Assembly: GCA_963784355.1 (NCBI GenBank)
Contig: CAWAQU010000003.1
Location: forward strand, 32,001 to 96,000
Source of the DNA: an uncultured bacterium
GTDB lineage: Bacteria; Patescibacteriota; JACMRA01
Length of the DNA stretch: 64,000 nucleotides
Reading direction: 5' to 3'
How positions within the stretch are numbered: the first letter of the stretch is position 1; the number at the start of each line of letters is the position of its first letter. The notes under the pieces are model-generated. The model saw only the letters and a program-made list of their open reading frames with translations, was not told where the DNA came from and did no database searches. Below, piece after piece: positions 10,001-19,578 of this stretch. Position numbers and translations under genes: made by a program.

Positions 10001-13000
10001 AACCATTATCCGCAAATTTAAACTCATAATTCCAACGGCAGTTTCTGTTAAACTTTACAGTCAGCCCTCCTAGTATTTTATCCTGCCCGTTTTGTCTGCT
10101 ACAGCCCTGGGGGCCAATTTCAATGATCGGTAGTTTTATTTGAGTTTGATTTTTTTGCACTAAATACAATTGCAATCTTTGATTCCTCTCTCCATACCCA
10201 CCCAAAGTGATATAATCTTTTCGTATTACAAATGTATCTACAAGCCTATCTTTTTCCGGAAATTCACCATCAGCCTCTATTCCATTTTTATTATCGCCCC
10301 AATTGTCCAAATTAAACTCAGAAACATCCGGCCTGGTGTTATCAATAAATAACCTGAAATCAAGACTATCTTCTCTAGCTTTTGAACTATAATTTAAAAC
10401 TCCTACAGGATAAATTACTACAGGGGCTCCATCCAATAAAGTTCTATTTTTATCATTAGTAAATATTGTGCTATTACCCGCTAAATCGCTACACTGTATA
10501 AGTGGTTGATAAATCCCTTCACTTTTACGCTCAACATTTATAGACTCTTGAAAAATTTTGGAATCAGTGGAAATTAGAGTTTGAATAAAACTATCTTCTT
10601 TAATCAAATCACAATAATCCATGTATTCTTTAGCTACTAATTTGAAGTCAACTCGATCACCCGTAAATACCCAAGGATTTATACCTTTGTCCGGTACAGA
10701 AGTTTTTACAGACTCCAAACCTAAATTTGTTTTATCGTATACTACCTGTAGTGGTTCGAGAGATTTAGTTGAAGCTTTATCCGACAGGCTAGCCTCTAAA
10801 TCCAAATTATACAGATTTTCAACATCAGGTAAATTAAGTTCTACTTGCCAGATGCCCGTTACAGGTACGATAATCTCAGTAAATAATTTACTACCTGAAT
10901 ATATTTTTAATTTAGCCTCAGGATCAGCCACCCCTGTAAGTCTGATTCTAGTAGAATTTGTATAAAATTTATTTTGAAACTCTTTCATTTCGTAATATTT
11001 ACCCTCACCACTCTTTTTCTCTTGTCTAAGAACCCTGGGGGCTGAGGTAATTCTACCATCCAAAACAAATCCTGCACTTTTTTGATTTATGCTCTCACCT
11101 TTGTAACCTGAAGCCATAACTTCATATTGTCCGCCGCTAAAGAAAAATGGTATGGGATAGTTTTTAATCCAGACACATTCAGTTTGATTGCAATTATTTG
11201 GTTCCAAATCTTTTGGTTTTTTAGGACTATGATCTTTTTTCACTCTAGCATCATTTAATGGATTGAATTTTATATCGTCTTCAACCTGATTATTTATAAC
11301 AGCAATCCGGCCAGTAGGATCAAAAACATCCGTATAGCCCGTACGTTTATCGGTGCCTGGCAATTCCGGCAGATTAGTGTAATCAGCATATTCCAACTTA
11401 AGAGCTTCAGTATTTTGCGATACGGTTGATTTTAGTTGTAGACTACGAATTTGACTGAGGCTAATTTTACCACTCAAAAAATCATCAATTTCCTGCTTAC
11501 TATTTAGGCCCTGAAAAGTAGGAGTAATATTGAAATTTTTTATGCTTTCGGTAGTATCCAAAATAATTTTAATTTCATCAGATTTGGGTGTCTGATTACC
11601 ATAAGCATCTTTAGCTATAGCAGAAATGAAGTAAATTTGATTTGTTACTGAGCTACTAGGCAACACAACAACAGTACTGAAAAAACCGTTTTCATCAACA
11701 TCAGCCGTTTTTACCAAATCACAACTAACTGTATTAGGGCTTAATACTATATCAATGCAAATATCTACAATGGTTTTTCCTCGCAAATAACCACCATAAC
11801 CTGAATTTGGAGTATTCACCGGTGCTTGCCCTTGTATATTAATTACTCCACGTGTGGTAACATAATTATTTCTAGGAGAAGTGATTACAACTTTATCTAA
11901 TAGTTTTGTGTAAGCACTAAAGGTCTGATCCGGCACTTTCACCCGCACTCCATCCGTAGTTTCAACCTCTAAGTCGTAGTCGTAATTTCCATCACTAATC
12001 CAATTATTGTTCCCGTCTTTACCATCAAATTCAATCATAGGTGGAAGAGCGTTTCCTGTAAATTCCCGGACCACTTTATTGGTTGATTTATTGCTGATTT
12101 TCAGATTGTATTTCTGAATTTGAGCTATATCAGCCGGGTTGTTCGGATTTACTAAGTTGGTAGCAAAAAATATTCCATCTTGTCTTCCGTCGCCATTTGG
12201 AGATATATTAGTTAAATCAGGGTTAATACTTAAATTAATGGAATACAAATCTACATTTAAAATAATCTCACTTTCCAAAGCATTGGAAGCAGGATCAATT
12301 AATTTAACAAGGTTCCTATTTATAGCCTTTTTAGGTGAATTATTAGGGTTTATTGTACTACTAGTGTAATTAGTCTTTTGCAGTAAGTTAATTTTGAATT
12401 TACAAACAGATACCGGGCTAGTTTCCGGATTTTGATCGATATCTAATAAATCGTCGCAAATTACCGACAGTTTTTCAGACTCTGTAGTGAATGTTCTTAG
12501 ACTAACATTTTTATCATTCAAATCAAATTCGTTCGGTAAAGTATTATTTGCCTCAGGTTCTAATTTAAACACAATTTTCCTACCCAATAGGTCATTGCTG
12601 ATTTCAACTGTAGAGCCTTTCTCACCTGCTCCTTCAAAACCATTTAAACTATGATTTACAATAGCTTGATTTATTGGAGATTTATTTTGTAGATAGGTGT
12701 GAGTATCAATTACAAATTCGTTATCTAAATTTTGTATTTTATCAGCCACAGGTTGATTTTCAGGGTTACATTTAAACTCCGGTAAAATCGCAGTGTATTG
12801 TTGGTCGTTTTTGTTGCAAACAGCATTCCCGGCTTTATCTTTAATTTTCAGATAAACTTTGTACTTACCGTCAGGCTGCAGATTATTTAGTTGTATCTGG
12901 CAGTTTACTAAATTCTGAGTACCACCAGCTTGCACACAATTTAAATCATCAGCCAACTTCGGATTGCCATTTGTTAGATTGTTTCCGTCATTATATAAGG

Positions 13001-16000
13001 GTATTTCCTTCCAAGTTTGCCCATCTAAATTTTGCAACAGGGAAACATGATAGCCTTTTGGATTTGTTCCTAAGTGAAAACCTGAAGTTTGAGACAAATC
13101 ACCAATCAGATCGGGATCTTGAATTTGAAACTGGATTTTCGGATTTTTATTATTATCTGCATTTTTTAATAGACCACTTGGTTCAATTTTCAAAATTTCC
13201 GGATTGATTTGCTCAAAATTTATTTTTAACTCAGTTTCAGGATTTGCAACAGGGTTACCTATTTTATCAATTTTATTACCTGTTCCATCGGTAGTTCTAA
13301 ATTTAAAAACATTTTGCCCGAACTCAAGTACTTTTGAAATATTAAAATTTTTGTATTCATCCACTTTTTCAGTAATATCTTGCCAAATTTCGAGTAAATT
13401 TCCGCTTACATCCGATTTAGCTATTTCCAATTTAGCTCCCTCTTCGATCACAAAATCTTTATCTTGTTTATCAGGCTGATTAAACCCTGCTACAGCTCCC
13501 TGAATATTCTGATCAGGATTATTGACCCAGGAATTGTTTTTTGGCTCCACAATAGCAATGTTGGCCCCTGTATCGTCTAAAACTAGATTGAGATTGGCTT
13601 GGGATTGAGTGGTGTCATTTGTTTGCCCTGCTTTGTCGTAAACTACAATTTGTAAATTATATGCACCATCAATCGCAAAATTGCCATCATCTCTTTTTCC
13701 GTCCCATACAAAAGAAATATTTCCTGTTGTAGAGTTGGCTGGAGCAAAGTTTGGATCACTGAAATCGCAGTTTTGTAATTGTTTTTCGTTAATATTACAA
13801 ATGGTAACAGTTTTGATAATGTTGTTTTGACTATCCTTGATTTTCAACTCACTTCGGGCAAAGTTTTTTTCGCTATATTCGAAATTTACATTTATTTTAT
13901 CTTTTATACCACTACTGGTAGTATTGCCCGGTGAGAATCTCTGCAAATCCAGCTTGGAGTCGGTAATTACAGGTAAAGTTGCATCTTGGGTAGAACTCAC
14001 TACTTTGGACCATGCTGAAATGTTGCCGTAATTGGGGGAATTATTCAGGCTTCGATCTCTGGCTTTTGCTCTATAATAGTAAGTTTGCGCATCCTCAAGC
14101 CCCGGAATTTCAAAAGAAACAGGCTGTGATACACCGTTAATTATACTTCCGTTTGTTTGGAATATACCTAATTTTTTGCTGTTATCTTGGAAACTTGAAT
14201 CCTGAGACACTTCTAAAAAATAGACAATATTGTCCGGTGAAGCTATATTATCACTAGAATTTTTATTCAATTTAAGCTCAATTTGATTCCCGGGTGAAAA
14301 TTCAGGCAAATTCGGCACATCCGGAATTTCCGGCGGAGTAGTATCAACTTTGATAAATTTAGAAGGAGTGGAATTTGCATTACTTTCAGTATTGTATTCA
14401 TCTCGTAAAACCGGACGCCAGTAATAACTTCCATCACCCACAACACGCCCAAAATCAGCCTGATTATAGTAGTATCCTGGTTGCCACAAATAGGGGTTGT
14501 TCAAATCCCACCAATTTTGGTTATTCTGAGATAATTGGATTTTTGCAGTAGCTTTGTTATTAATGTCATTATTTTGATGATCTCCATCTTGAATATTTCC
14601 TACCCTAAAATTCACTTGCATGTTTCCACCACATTGCCCACTAGCTGGATTGACAGATTGATCGCAATTTCCTATTAAATCAGAGTTATTATCAGGCGTA
14701 ATAGGTTGTGCCGGAGCCGGGGGGAAATTGGATTCATATTCTAAAACAGGTGGAGTACTAAAACCATTACAGGGTGCCAAATCAGTATTTTTCTGACAAA
14801 AGACTACACCTTTATACTCATCTTCGTTGTAAGATTTCAAGCCCAAAACCACTTTATTTGTGCCCAGTTGGGTATTTACTAAATCTTTAATATCACTACT
14901 TTCTCGCACAGATATTTGAGCGTTGCTATTGTATTGAGGAAAATTTAAATTGCCGTAACTTGAACCTAAACTAGGTTGATTTGCCCAGCTAGTACTATTT
15001 TCAGAAAAATTATCTCCATTTACTCTAAAAATACCTGCACTAAAAGGACCACTGGTAGTACCGTAATGACTTACCTTTAACTTTGCCGAGATTACAGGAA
15101 CTTCCGGACCTGCAAATTTTAGAAAAGTTCGGCTGTCCATATACCACGGCTGTCCAGGAACTGTCACTTCATGATAATTTCCAACTACTCTAGGTTTTTT
15201 GAAATATTGTGGCGTGGTAGCCGTTGAACTCACAAAAGTATCTTCAGTTGGTGTTTTTACCTCAATTCCAGGATCAATCACAATCGGAAATGTTCTATCT
15301 TTGGAATATAAAAACTCTTGATTTGGCATGATACTCAAACTTTTACTAGTCTGATCAAACTCTATCTTTTCCTCTTTGCTATCAAGCTTTCCATCAAAAA
15401 TGACTGCCTGATTTAACTTTATTTCTTGAGCAAGATTATTGAATTTAAGGTTATTTTGTTTTGAAAAATCCAATTGCTTGTTTGTAGTTATTTCAAATAC
15501 CAACTTACTCAAATCATTATTTAAAGCTTGGAAGTTATTCAAAATTAATTCTTTGACAAACCCTTCAGACTGAACAGTAAATTTTAAATCAATATCAGGC
15601 AAAACTTGCTTATAAACAATGCTATTTTTGGTAATTATGGGAGGTTGTTGGCTTATCAATTGCTGTTTACCCACAAAAATTTTAGAAATATTGTACTCTA
15701 AATCTTGAGTTTTGAAACTTACCCCATTTTCTAGATTATTACTGAAGTAAACTTTAAAGTCATTGGCTTTGTTTTCAAAATCCCAGTTTTTTTGACTACT
15801 TGGCACAATGGAATTATCAACCTCCAACCAATTAGTATTTGATTTGAAGTGAACTTTGTCAGCAAAAGACTGAGTTTTATATCTGTAACCAAGAGGCTTG
15901 CCGGTATCTACAATTTTAAAAATTTTAGTAGTAGAAGTCCGCAACTCCAAAATTTCTTCCTGTACCCCTTCCAAAGATTTTTGATTGGCAAATACTGGTA

Positions 16001-16097
16001 AATTTGGTAGAAAGATTTGACCTAAGAGCAAAACTGATATCAAACTTAATAGTACCGATTTTAATATATTCTCGGTGCTCTTTTTTAAAGCAAACAT
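7074..16097 (-). CDS. Giant (~3000 aa) secreted multidomain protein: DNRLRE-like and Ig/FN3/FlgD-like repeats, M23 peptidase, C-terminal lipase-like alpha/beta hydrolase
   Basis: Signal peptide; recurring D.AGN, DTT.P and WDG...DG.Y Ig-like motifs; M23 motifs HTGVD and GNSTGAHLHFEIR; lipase-like THGW, VVGHSLG, ALDP; probable start MFALKK at 16097. Confidence 0.85.
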   Translation of the reverse strand: MFALKKSTENILKSVLLSLISVLLLGQIFLPNLPVFANQKSLEGVQEEILELRTSTTKIFKIVDTGKPLGYRYKTQSFADKVHFKSNTNWLEVDNSIVPSSQKNWDFENKANDFKVYFSNNLENGVSFKTQDLEYNISKIFVGKQQLISQQPPIITKNSIVYKQVLPDIDLKFTVQSEGFVKELILNNFQALNNDLSKLVFEITTNKQLDFSKQNNLKFNNLAQEIKLNQAVIFDGKLDSKEEKIEFDQTSKSLSIMPNQEFLYSKDRTFPIVIDPGIEVKTPTEDTFVSSTATTPQYFKKPRVVGNYHEVTVPGQPWYMDSRTFLKFAGPEVPVISAKLKVSHYGTTSGPFSAGIFRVNGDNFSENSTSWANQPSLGSSYGNLNFPQYNSNAQISVRESSDIKDLVNTQLGTNKVVLGLKSYNEDEYKGVVFCQKNTDLAPCNGFSTPPVLEYESNFPPAPAQPITPDNNSDLIGNCDQSVNPASGQCGGNMQVNFRVGNIQDGDHQNNDINNKATAKIQLSQNNQNWWDLNNPYLWQPGYYYNQADFGRVVGDGSYYWRPVLRDEYNTESNANSTPSKFIKVDTTPPEIPDVPNLPEFSPGNQIELKLNKNSSDNIASPDNIVYFLEVSQDSSFQDNSKKLGIFQTNGSIINGVSQPVSFEIPGLEDAQTYYYRAKARDRSLNNSPNYGNISAWSKVVSSTQDATLPVITDSKLDLQRFSPGNTTSSGIKDKINVNFEYSEKNFARSELKIKDSQNNIIKTVTICNINEKQLQNCDFSDPNFAPANSTTGNISFVWDGKRDDGNFAIDGAYNLQIVVYDKAGQTNDTTQSQANLNLVLDDTGANIAIVEPKNNSWVNNPDQNIQGAVAGFNQPDKQDKDFVIEEGAKLEIAKSDVSGNLLEIWQDITEKVDEYKNFNISKVLEFGQNVFKFRTTDGTGNKIDKIGNPVANPETELKINFEQINPEILKIEPSGLLKNADNNKNPKIQFQIQDPDLIGDLSQTSGFHLGTNPKGYHVSLLQNLDGQTWKEIPLYNDGNNLTNGNPKLADDLNCVQAGGTQNLVNCQIQLNNLQPDGKYKVYLKIKDKAGNAVCNKNDQQYTAILPEFKCNPENQPVADKIQNLDNEFVIDTHTYLQNKSPINQAIVNHSLNGFEGAGEKGSTVEISNDLLGRKIVFKLEPEANNTLPNEFDLNDKNVSLRTFTTESEKLSVICDDLLDIDQNPETSPVSVCKFKINLLQKTNYTSSTINPNNSPKKAINRNLVKLIDPASNALESEIILNVDLYSINLSINPDLTNISPNGDGRQDGIFFATNLVNPNNPADIAQIQKYNLKISNKSTNKVVREFTGNALPPMIEFDGKDGNNNWISDGNYDYDLEVETTDGVRVKVPDQTFSAYTKLLDKVVITSPRNNYVTTRGVINIQGQAPVNTPNSGYGGYLRGKTIVDICIDIVLSPNTVSCDLVKTADVDENGFFSTVVVLPSSSVTNQIYFISAIAKDAYGNQTPKSDEIKIILDTTESIKNFNITPTFQGLNSKQEIDDFLSGKISLSQIRSLQLKSTVSQNTEALKLEYADYTNLPELPGTDKRTGYTDVFDPTGRIAVINNQVEDDIKFNPLNDARVKKDHSPKKPKDLEPNNCNQTECVWIKNYPIPFFFSGGQYEVMASGYKGESINQKSAGFVLDGRITSAPRVLRQEKKSGEGKYYEMKEFQNKFYTNSTRIRLTGVADPEAKLKIYSGSKLFTEIIVPVTGIWQVELNLPDVENLYNLDLEASLSDKASTKSLEPLQVVYDKTNLGLESVKTSVPDKGINPWVFTGDRVDFKLVAKEYMDYCDLIKEDSFIQTLISTDSKIFQESINVERKSEGIYQPLIQCSDLAGNSTIFTNDKNRTLLDGAPVVIYPVGVLNYSSKAREDSLDFRLFIDNTRPDVSEFNLDNWGDNKNGIEADGEFPEKDRLVDTFVIRKDYITLGGYGERNQRLQLYLVQKNQTQIKLPIIEIGPQGCSRQNGQDKILGGLTVKFNRNCRWNYEFKFADNGLSPLGIPQNWYVLQGQVIDLAGNTSDFNKSLTIYHDADAPKNHLMKNITSVNFGPIIDYPQKGITRDIQIKLDHEGERQADMEYEIIRQENDRMRQTVFRNGADGYGNAVLNLGLQRRDDEVSNCTRIIDTRRLGICQDGNYLVKMRAVDTAGNAGSWLETRLERDTVAPRKPTLDLDTTGDILAQFISLQIKGEKDVKADIAITNSKGGVSNLNVTLNNQGIYENTDLVGQLQCGKTEYVITVKLIDRAGNISDESVKKITTKECPKCGYGGNDGVYKKPLHSEDAYVGFPYGYSQQYFNKTKYHTGVDYNGVLPGEPVYPAAAGVVLKTVFGFTESDKGQYDDTGRLIDTANYVLIDHGNNITSLYVHLQHEKNPLVKPGDVVDTNTIIGRVGNTGNSTGAHLHFEIRKKNRAVNPTTYLGKEKDNLTPEQFQKFCVKAGEGGQEDLENWFYDNKGADVITVDFDKNWLGSGGTFRGIDFPAPKITKVVKVSEITGESSAKYRVFAVAPAKDQEIKIRLFDKDKIVEEKYEKLQSSKWIGRKNTIQLFDENITSEQENTNSSGRFSFDVETRWSSDPNNRGDKVTMQDEIWFDSKIFHETECFGGSCKLPDRSTYWKNEKSSNRIRLDKDLSRLPEYGEGVERTFTVKGDRSDTGGVLKNGDSNIGREGDIVDRNQRRIKLKFLDDEDRNMYNFGYEQGKKVWVVTHGWDDEPVGEFEKIGRNIKAEYPDDIVLLLDWSEASNNDKGQCIFGTNCPTGVARAATWIGPVADKTVEKLREWGLSDGDNLKVVGHSLGSILSGEMAERFGKKPDLIALDPPAEVAGKYNVYLNPDQKRKDFKEYSDFSRAFVGKRSLAGNQEYAKSASESFRMDFGSLYDTGSEHGWVVQSWQRMNREKAILGDIDLVLDIKDFDLHNNWQKEKIDTCYKFVIIPYECKKQAYDGHNGSLIINKPNSIDQLKVIINDRESTYYPK

Positions 16098-16262
16098 AAA
16101 CTGTAACAAAAAATTAATTGTACATATTAAGCACAAAAAAACATTCTTTGCAACACCCTAAGTGTAGCATTGTATAAATAAAATAGATTTTTTGAAGTGT
16201 AAAATAAAATTCACAAATTCAAACACCCATATTTTTAAAGCCTGCTCACACACATTTCACTT

Positions 16263-16372
16263 AAAATGATACATATATATGTCTTGACAAGAGATTATAT
16301 AATAAATAGGCACAGTTAGCTCGAATTTCTGTACAGATTCTTAGCTTTTTATAATATATTTGTTTTATACAT
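16263..16372 (+). promoter_or_regulatory. Conserved promoter/operator region of precursor copy 2
   Basis: TTGACA 16284-16289; GATACATATATATGTC abutting it; dyad AGCTCGAATTTCTGTACAGATTCTTAGCT 16318-16346. Confidence 0.65.
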
Positions 16373-17746
16373 ATGTTCACACTCAAACCTCTCAAGCTCG
16401 CAACAGCGGTCACCGCATTTTTTCTTGCTTTTTCCACCCTTGCGGCTCCAGTATCAAGTTTGTTCTCAGTTCAAACTCAAGCAGATACTTTATCAGCTAT
16501 TAACAGCCCTGAAGCATATTTAACTGTTAATGGTAAAACAAATTCAAATGGTACAGTGGAAGGTTATGCTAGCTATGGTTACTTAACTAGTAAATTACCC
16601 ATTAGTACTGATTATGCAGTAAGTGGATTATCAATTGCAGTAAATGGTATTATTAAAGGTGAGACGCTTAACCTAGCTTGTGATTTAGAAACACCTAAAG
16701 TAATATCTGAAGTAACAGATTATTGTAGTGATAATTTTTACAATCAATTATTGGCTTTAGAAAATTTGAATAATAACAAAGGCTTAGATAAAGCTAAACA
16801 AATCAAACCTGTACTGAAGAATACAGATAGCAACAAACTCCAAGAATCCAAAAAAGATGTTAAGAAAAAGAATTTATTAGAGAAGCTACTCTCAAACAAC
16901 AGCTCTTCAAACAGTGTAAAAATCAGCTCTTTGTCACTTCAAGGAAGTATTAAAATACTTGAAACAATTAAAACACAAATTAGTAAAGATTTTAATAAGG
17001 CTACAGTAGAAATACAATATACTACTACTCAAGAGTTAAAGATTCAACAAAAACTTATTGAAGATAAAATTAATGATAAGGTTACTAAAGAAAAGAAATC
17101 TAAGGAGCAAGCTACAGTAGAAGTTTTAGACCAGTACTTAAAACAATTTTCAGCAAATCAGCAAAATGGTAACTTAGGTAATATTTCTAAAAAAACAGTA
17201 GAAAAGGTAGAATCTATTAAAACTATTGATGAGAACACAGGTAATGTTGTTTTATCTCAAGATAAGCTAAACAAGCTGAAATTAGCTAAAGTTGAAGAAA
17301 ATTCTGTAAAACAAGCTATTACTGAATTTAATAAGTTATCAATAGCGCAAAAAAGTAATTTAAATAATGTTTTAAATGAAGAGGGTAAGAATATTACTAG
17401 TGGAGTTAATAACAAAACAGCTTTAGTAAGTGGTTTGGTTGGTGGGGTTAAGGCTGAAGCAGGCTGGTGTAGTAGTTATGTACCTTTGTATTGGTATTGG
17501 TGGGGCGTAGATGCTCATATTACACAATGTAATATTGATACGTTTAATTGGGTTGGTGGTGGATATGCTACCATTATGGGTGCATTAGCCGCAACACCAT
17601 GTGGATGGTTTTGTGGTACACTAGCCATTATAATGGGTTTGGAATTAGGATATATTAACTGGTTAAATAGTAGATGTGGTGGAAATGGAGTTATGCTACA
17701 CTATGTATATAGAGGCCCTGTTTATTGGTTCTGGACTGTTTGTTAA
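16373..17746 (+). CDS. Secreted precursor protein with variable C-terminal bacteriocin-like peptide, copy 2 (457 aa)
   Basis: N-terminal ~360 aa highly similar to 2425..3795; after GVKAEA a divergent 94-aa Trp/Gly-rich peptide with 6 Cys. Confidence 0.8.
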   Translation: MFTLKPLKLATAVTAFFLAFSTLAAPVSSLFSVQTQADTLSAINSPEAYLTVNGKTNSNGTVEGYASYGYLTSKLPISTDYAVSGLSIAVNGIIKGETLNLACDLETPKVISEVTDYCSDNFYNQLLALENLNNNKGLDKAKQIKPVLKNTDSNKLQESKKDVKKKNLLEKLLSNNSSSNSVKISSLSLQGSIKILETIKTQISKDFNKATVEIQYTTTQELKIQQKLIEDKINDKVTKEKKSKEQATVEVLDQYLKQFSANQQNGNLGNISKKTVEKVESIKTIDENTGNVVLSQDKLNKLKLAKVEENSVKQAITEFNKLSIAQKSNLNNVLNEEGKNITSGVNNKTALVSGLVGGVKAEAGWCSSYVPLYWYWWGVDAHITQCNIDTFNWVGGGYATIMGALAATPCGWFCGTLAIIMGLELGYINWLNSRCGGNGVMLHYVYRGPVYWFWTVC

Positions 17747-17773
17747 TAATCTTTCATTATCTTTTATATTATT

Positions 17774-17974
17774 ATGTCTGAATTTTTTCTTTATTTCTTT
17801 ACTGATGGCATGCCATTTACTATGATAATAGCTATAAATGTCTTAATCACAATTCCGTTGCTACCTAGATTTAAAAATGATAAAGACAAACAGATACAAA
17901 TCTACAGATTAGGTTTACCTATGTTAACCTTTTTGTATGTAGTTTACTTCGGAGTAAAGGCTTTTACAAAATAA
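17774..17974 (+). CDS. 66-aa two-TM membrane protein, putative cognate immunity protein of copy 2
   Basis: Directly downstream of the precursor and before the terminator; two hydrophobic helices and a charged loop. Confidence 0.75.
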   Translation: MSEFFLYFFTDGMPFTMIIAINVLITIPLLPRFKNDKDKQIQIYRLGLPMLTFLYVVYFGVKAFTK

Positions 17975-18008
17975 AGAGTAGGTAAAGTATAACCTTGCAT
18001 AGATATTG

Positions 18009-18041
18009 AGGTGGGTTTAACACGTTTAAGCCCACTTTTTT
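18009..18041. terminator. Intrinsic terminator of the precursor/immunity operon copy 2
   Basis: AGGTGGGTTTAACACGTTTAAGCCCACTTTTTT hairpin plus T-run; near-identical to the reverse complement of 1746..1779. Confidence 0.8.
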
Positions 18042-18060
18042 GTATTGTAGAGATTTTATC

Positions 18061-19272
18061 CTAAATTTTTTTTGCTTCAGATAAAATTAGTACATGTGAC
18101 AAATCTCTTTCTAAAGCAACATTAATTATTTGTAAGTCCGATTTATCAAAATCAGAAACAACCTCCTCCAAATGGGTCATTTCATGCTTCCAAATATTAA
18201 TTTCTTGCCCTTTTGTTAATGATACTCTCTTTTCTTTGTTAAATACTTTGAAATGAATAGTATAATCTTTATCTAATTTCAAATTAAGCATTCTATTATT
18301 TGTGTTGTTATCAAATTTTGAAATTAATTCGCAATTTTTTATATCAATACCCAATAATTCTGGTATCCAAGTATTTTGACTATCTGCCTTTGGATTTTTT
18401 ACATAGCTAAAATCAACTCGATTTGATAATGAATCTAAAGTATTACTAATCATCAGTAAATCATATCGATCCATGCCTTGTCGAAAATTTTTGAGTACTT
18501 TGAGCTTATCTTCATGCATTCCGATCATACTACCCAAGTACAGCACTATATTTATATTTTTGGATCCATCTAGCTCTTCTTTTAGTGGGGTAAATATACC
18601 GTCAAAATAGGTCTTTTCTACGTCACATTCATAGCTTATAAATTCTATTTCAGGAAACCATTCGTTTATATTCCTTTTGGATATTTCATTCATTTGATTA
18701 CTTACATCAACTGCAATATATCTTTTTACTACGATATTTTTAGTTAATTGTGTAAGCCACTTTTTAACAGGATGTGAATTGCCTTGTCCGATATCAATAA
18801 TATTGATACTTTCAACGTCTTTAAGTTTGTATTTAAGATAATCTAGAGTACTGTCTAATAAATTCATTACTCTTCTAGGTGTAGGATAATCCCCGTCTAT
18901 AGCATTTAAATTGTAGTAATTATCCCAAACTTCTGCACCATCGTCAACAAAGGTAAATTTGTTTGGAATTTCACATTTTAATTCAAGATGATTTATCATC
19001 TCCCATATTGCTTCATTGCTGAAAATATCGAAAAACTTTTGATCTGGATGAACATCAAAATGTAAATCACCTCTTCTATGTTTTCTACCTTCCTCGCGAA
19101 GCTTAGATAATTCTAAATCATTATGGATATTGTCTATAATATAAACTTTATTGTTCACCTTCTCAAGTTGTAAATTATTTTTTTTATCTATACTTTTTTG
19201 TATCCAAATTGCTACTGTTGCTTTAGAAACGTTATATTTTAGTGCTACATCAGTATTCTTAATTATGCTCAT
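18061..19272 (-). CDS. HTH-like + EgtD-like SAM methyltransferase, copy 2
   Basis: VALKYNVSKATVAIWI; IIDIGQGNS; YIAVDVS; LYLGSMIG; WIPELLGI shared with copy 1. Confidence 0.75.
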   Translation of the reverse strand: MSIIKNTDVALKYNVSKATVAIWIQKSIDKKNNLQLEKVNNKVYIIDNIHNDLELSKLREEGRKHRRGDLHFDVHPDQKFFDIFSNEAIWEMINHLELKCEIPNKFTFVDDGAEVWDNYYNLNAIDGDYPTPRRVMNLLDSTLDYLKYKLKDVESINIIDIGQGNSHPVKKWLTQLTKNIVVKRYIAVDVSNQMNEISKRNINEWFPEIEFISYECDVEKTYFDGIFTPLKEELDGSKNINIVLYLGSMIGMHEDKLKVLKNFRQGMDRYDLLMISNTLDSLSNRVDFSYVKNPKADSQNTWIPELLGIDIKNCELISKFDNNTNNRMLNLKLDKDYTIHFKVFNKEKRVSLTKGQEINIWKHEMTHLEEVVSDFDKSDLQIINVALERDLSHVLILSEAKKI

Positions 19273-19365
19273 ATTATTATTAACTTGACAAAAGATAAAT
19301 TTTTTAGTTTATGTTATACGCTTAAATTTTAAGTACAAATTTTTTAAAATCAACTTTTAATCACT

Positions 19366-19554
19366 ATGCCTATTAAAGGGTTAGGCGTAACTTTGCTCAA
19401 AAAAGCCGAAAGTAAAGCTAAAAAAACTAGTTCTTTGATGACTATGCTTAAAGAATTTGAGCTAATGTATAATTTGTCTCCAAAACTAACTGTAAAACAA
19501 ATCAACACACTAAAACTACACTTTAAGCAAATTGTCAAAGGTAGAAACAACTAA
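19366..19554 (+). CDS. Small basic hypothetical protein, paralog of 213..380
   Basis: EFELMYNLSPKLTVKQINTLK matches the motif in 213..380. Confidence 0.65.
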   Translation: MPIKGLGVTLLKKAESKAKKTSSLMTMLKEFELMYNLSPKLTVKQINTLKLHFKQIVKGRNN

Positions 19555-19578
19555 AACAAGTATCATATTTAGCAGCTT

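Noticed and set aside
7222-14452. Many short plus-strand ORFs inside the giant gene (and similar antisense ORFs in gyrA, thrS, recJ and the glycan genes)
   Set aside because: Antisense shadows of long coding genes, with no motifs
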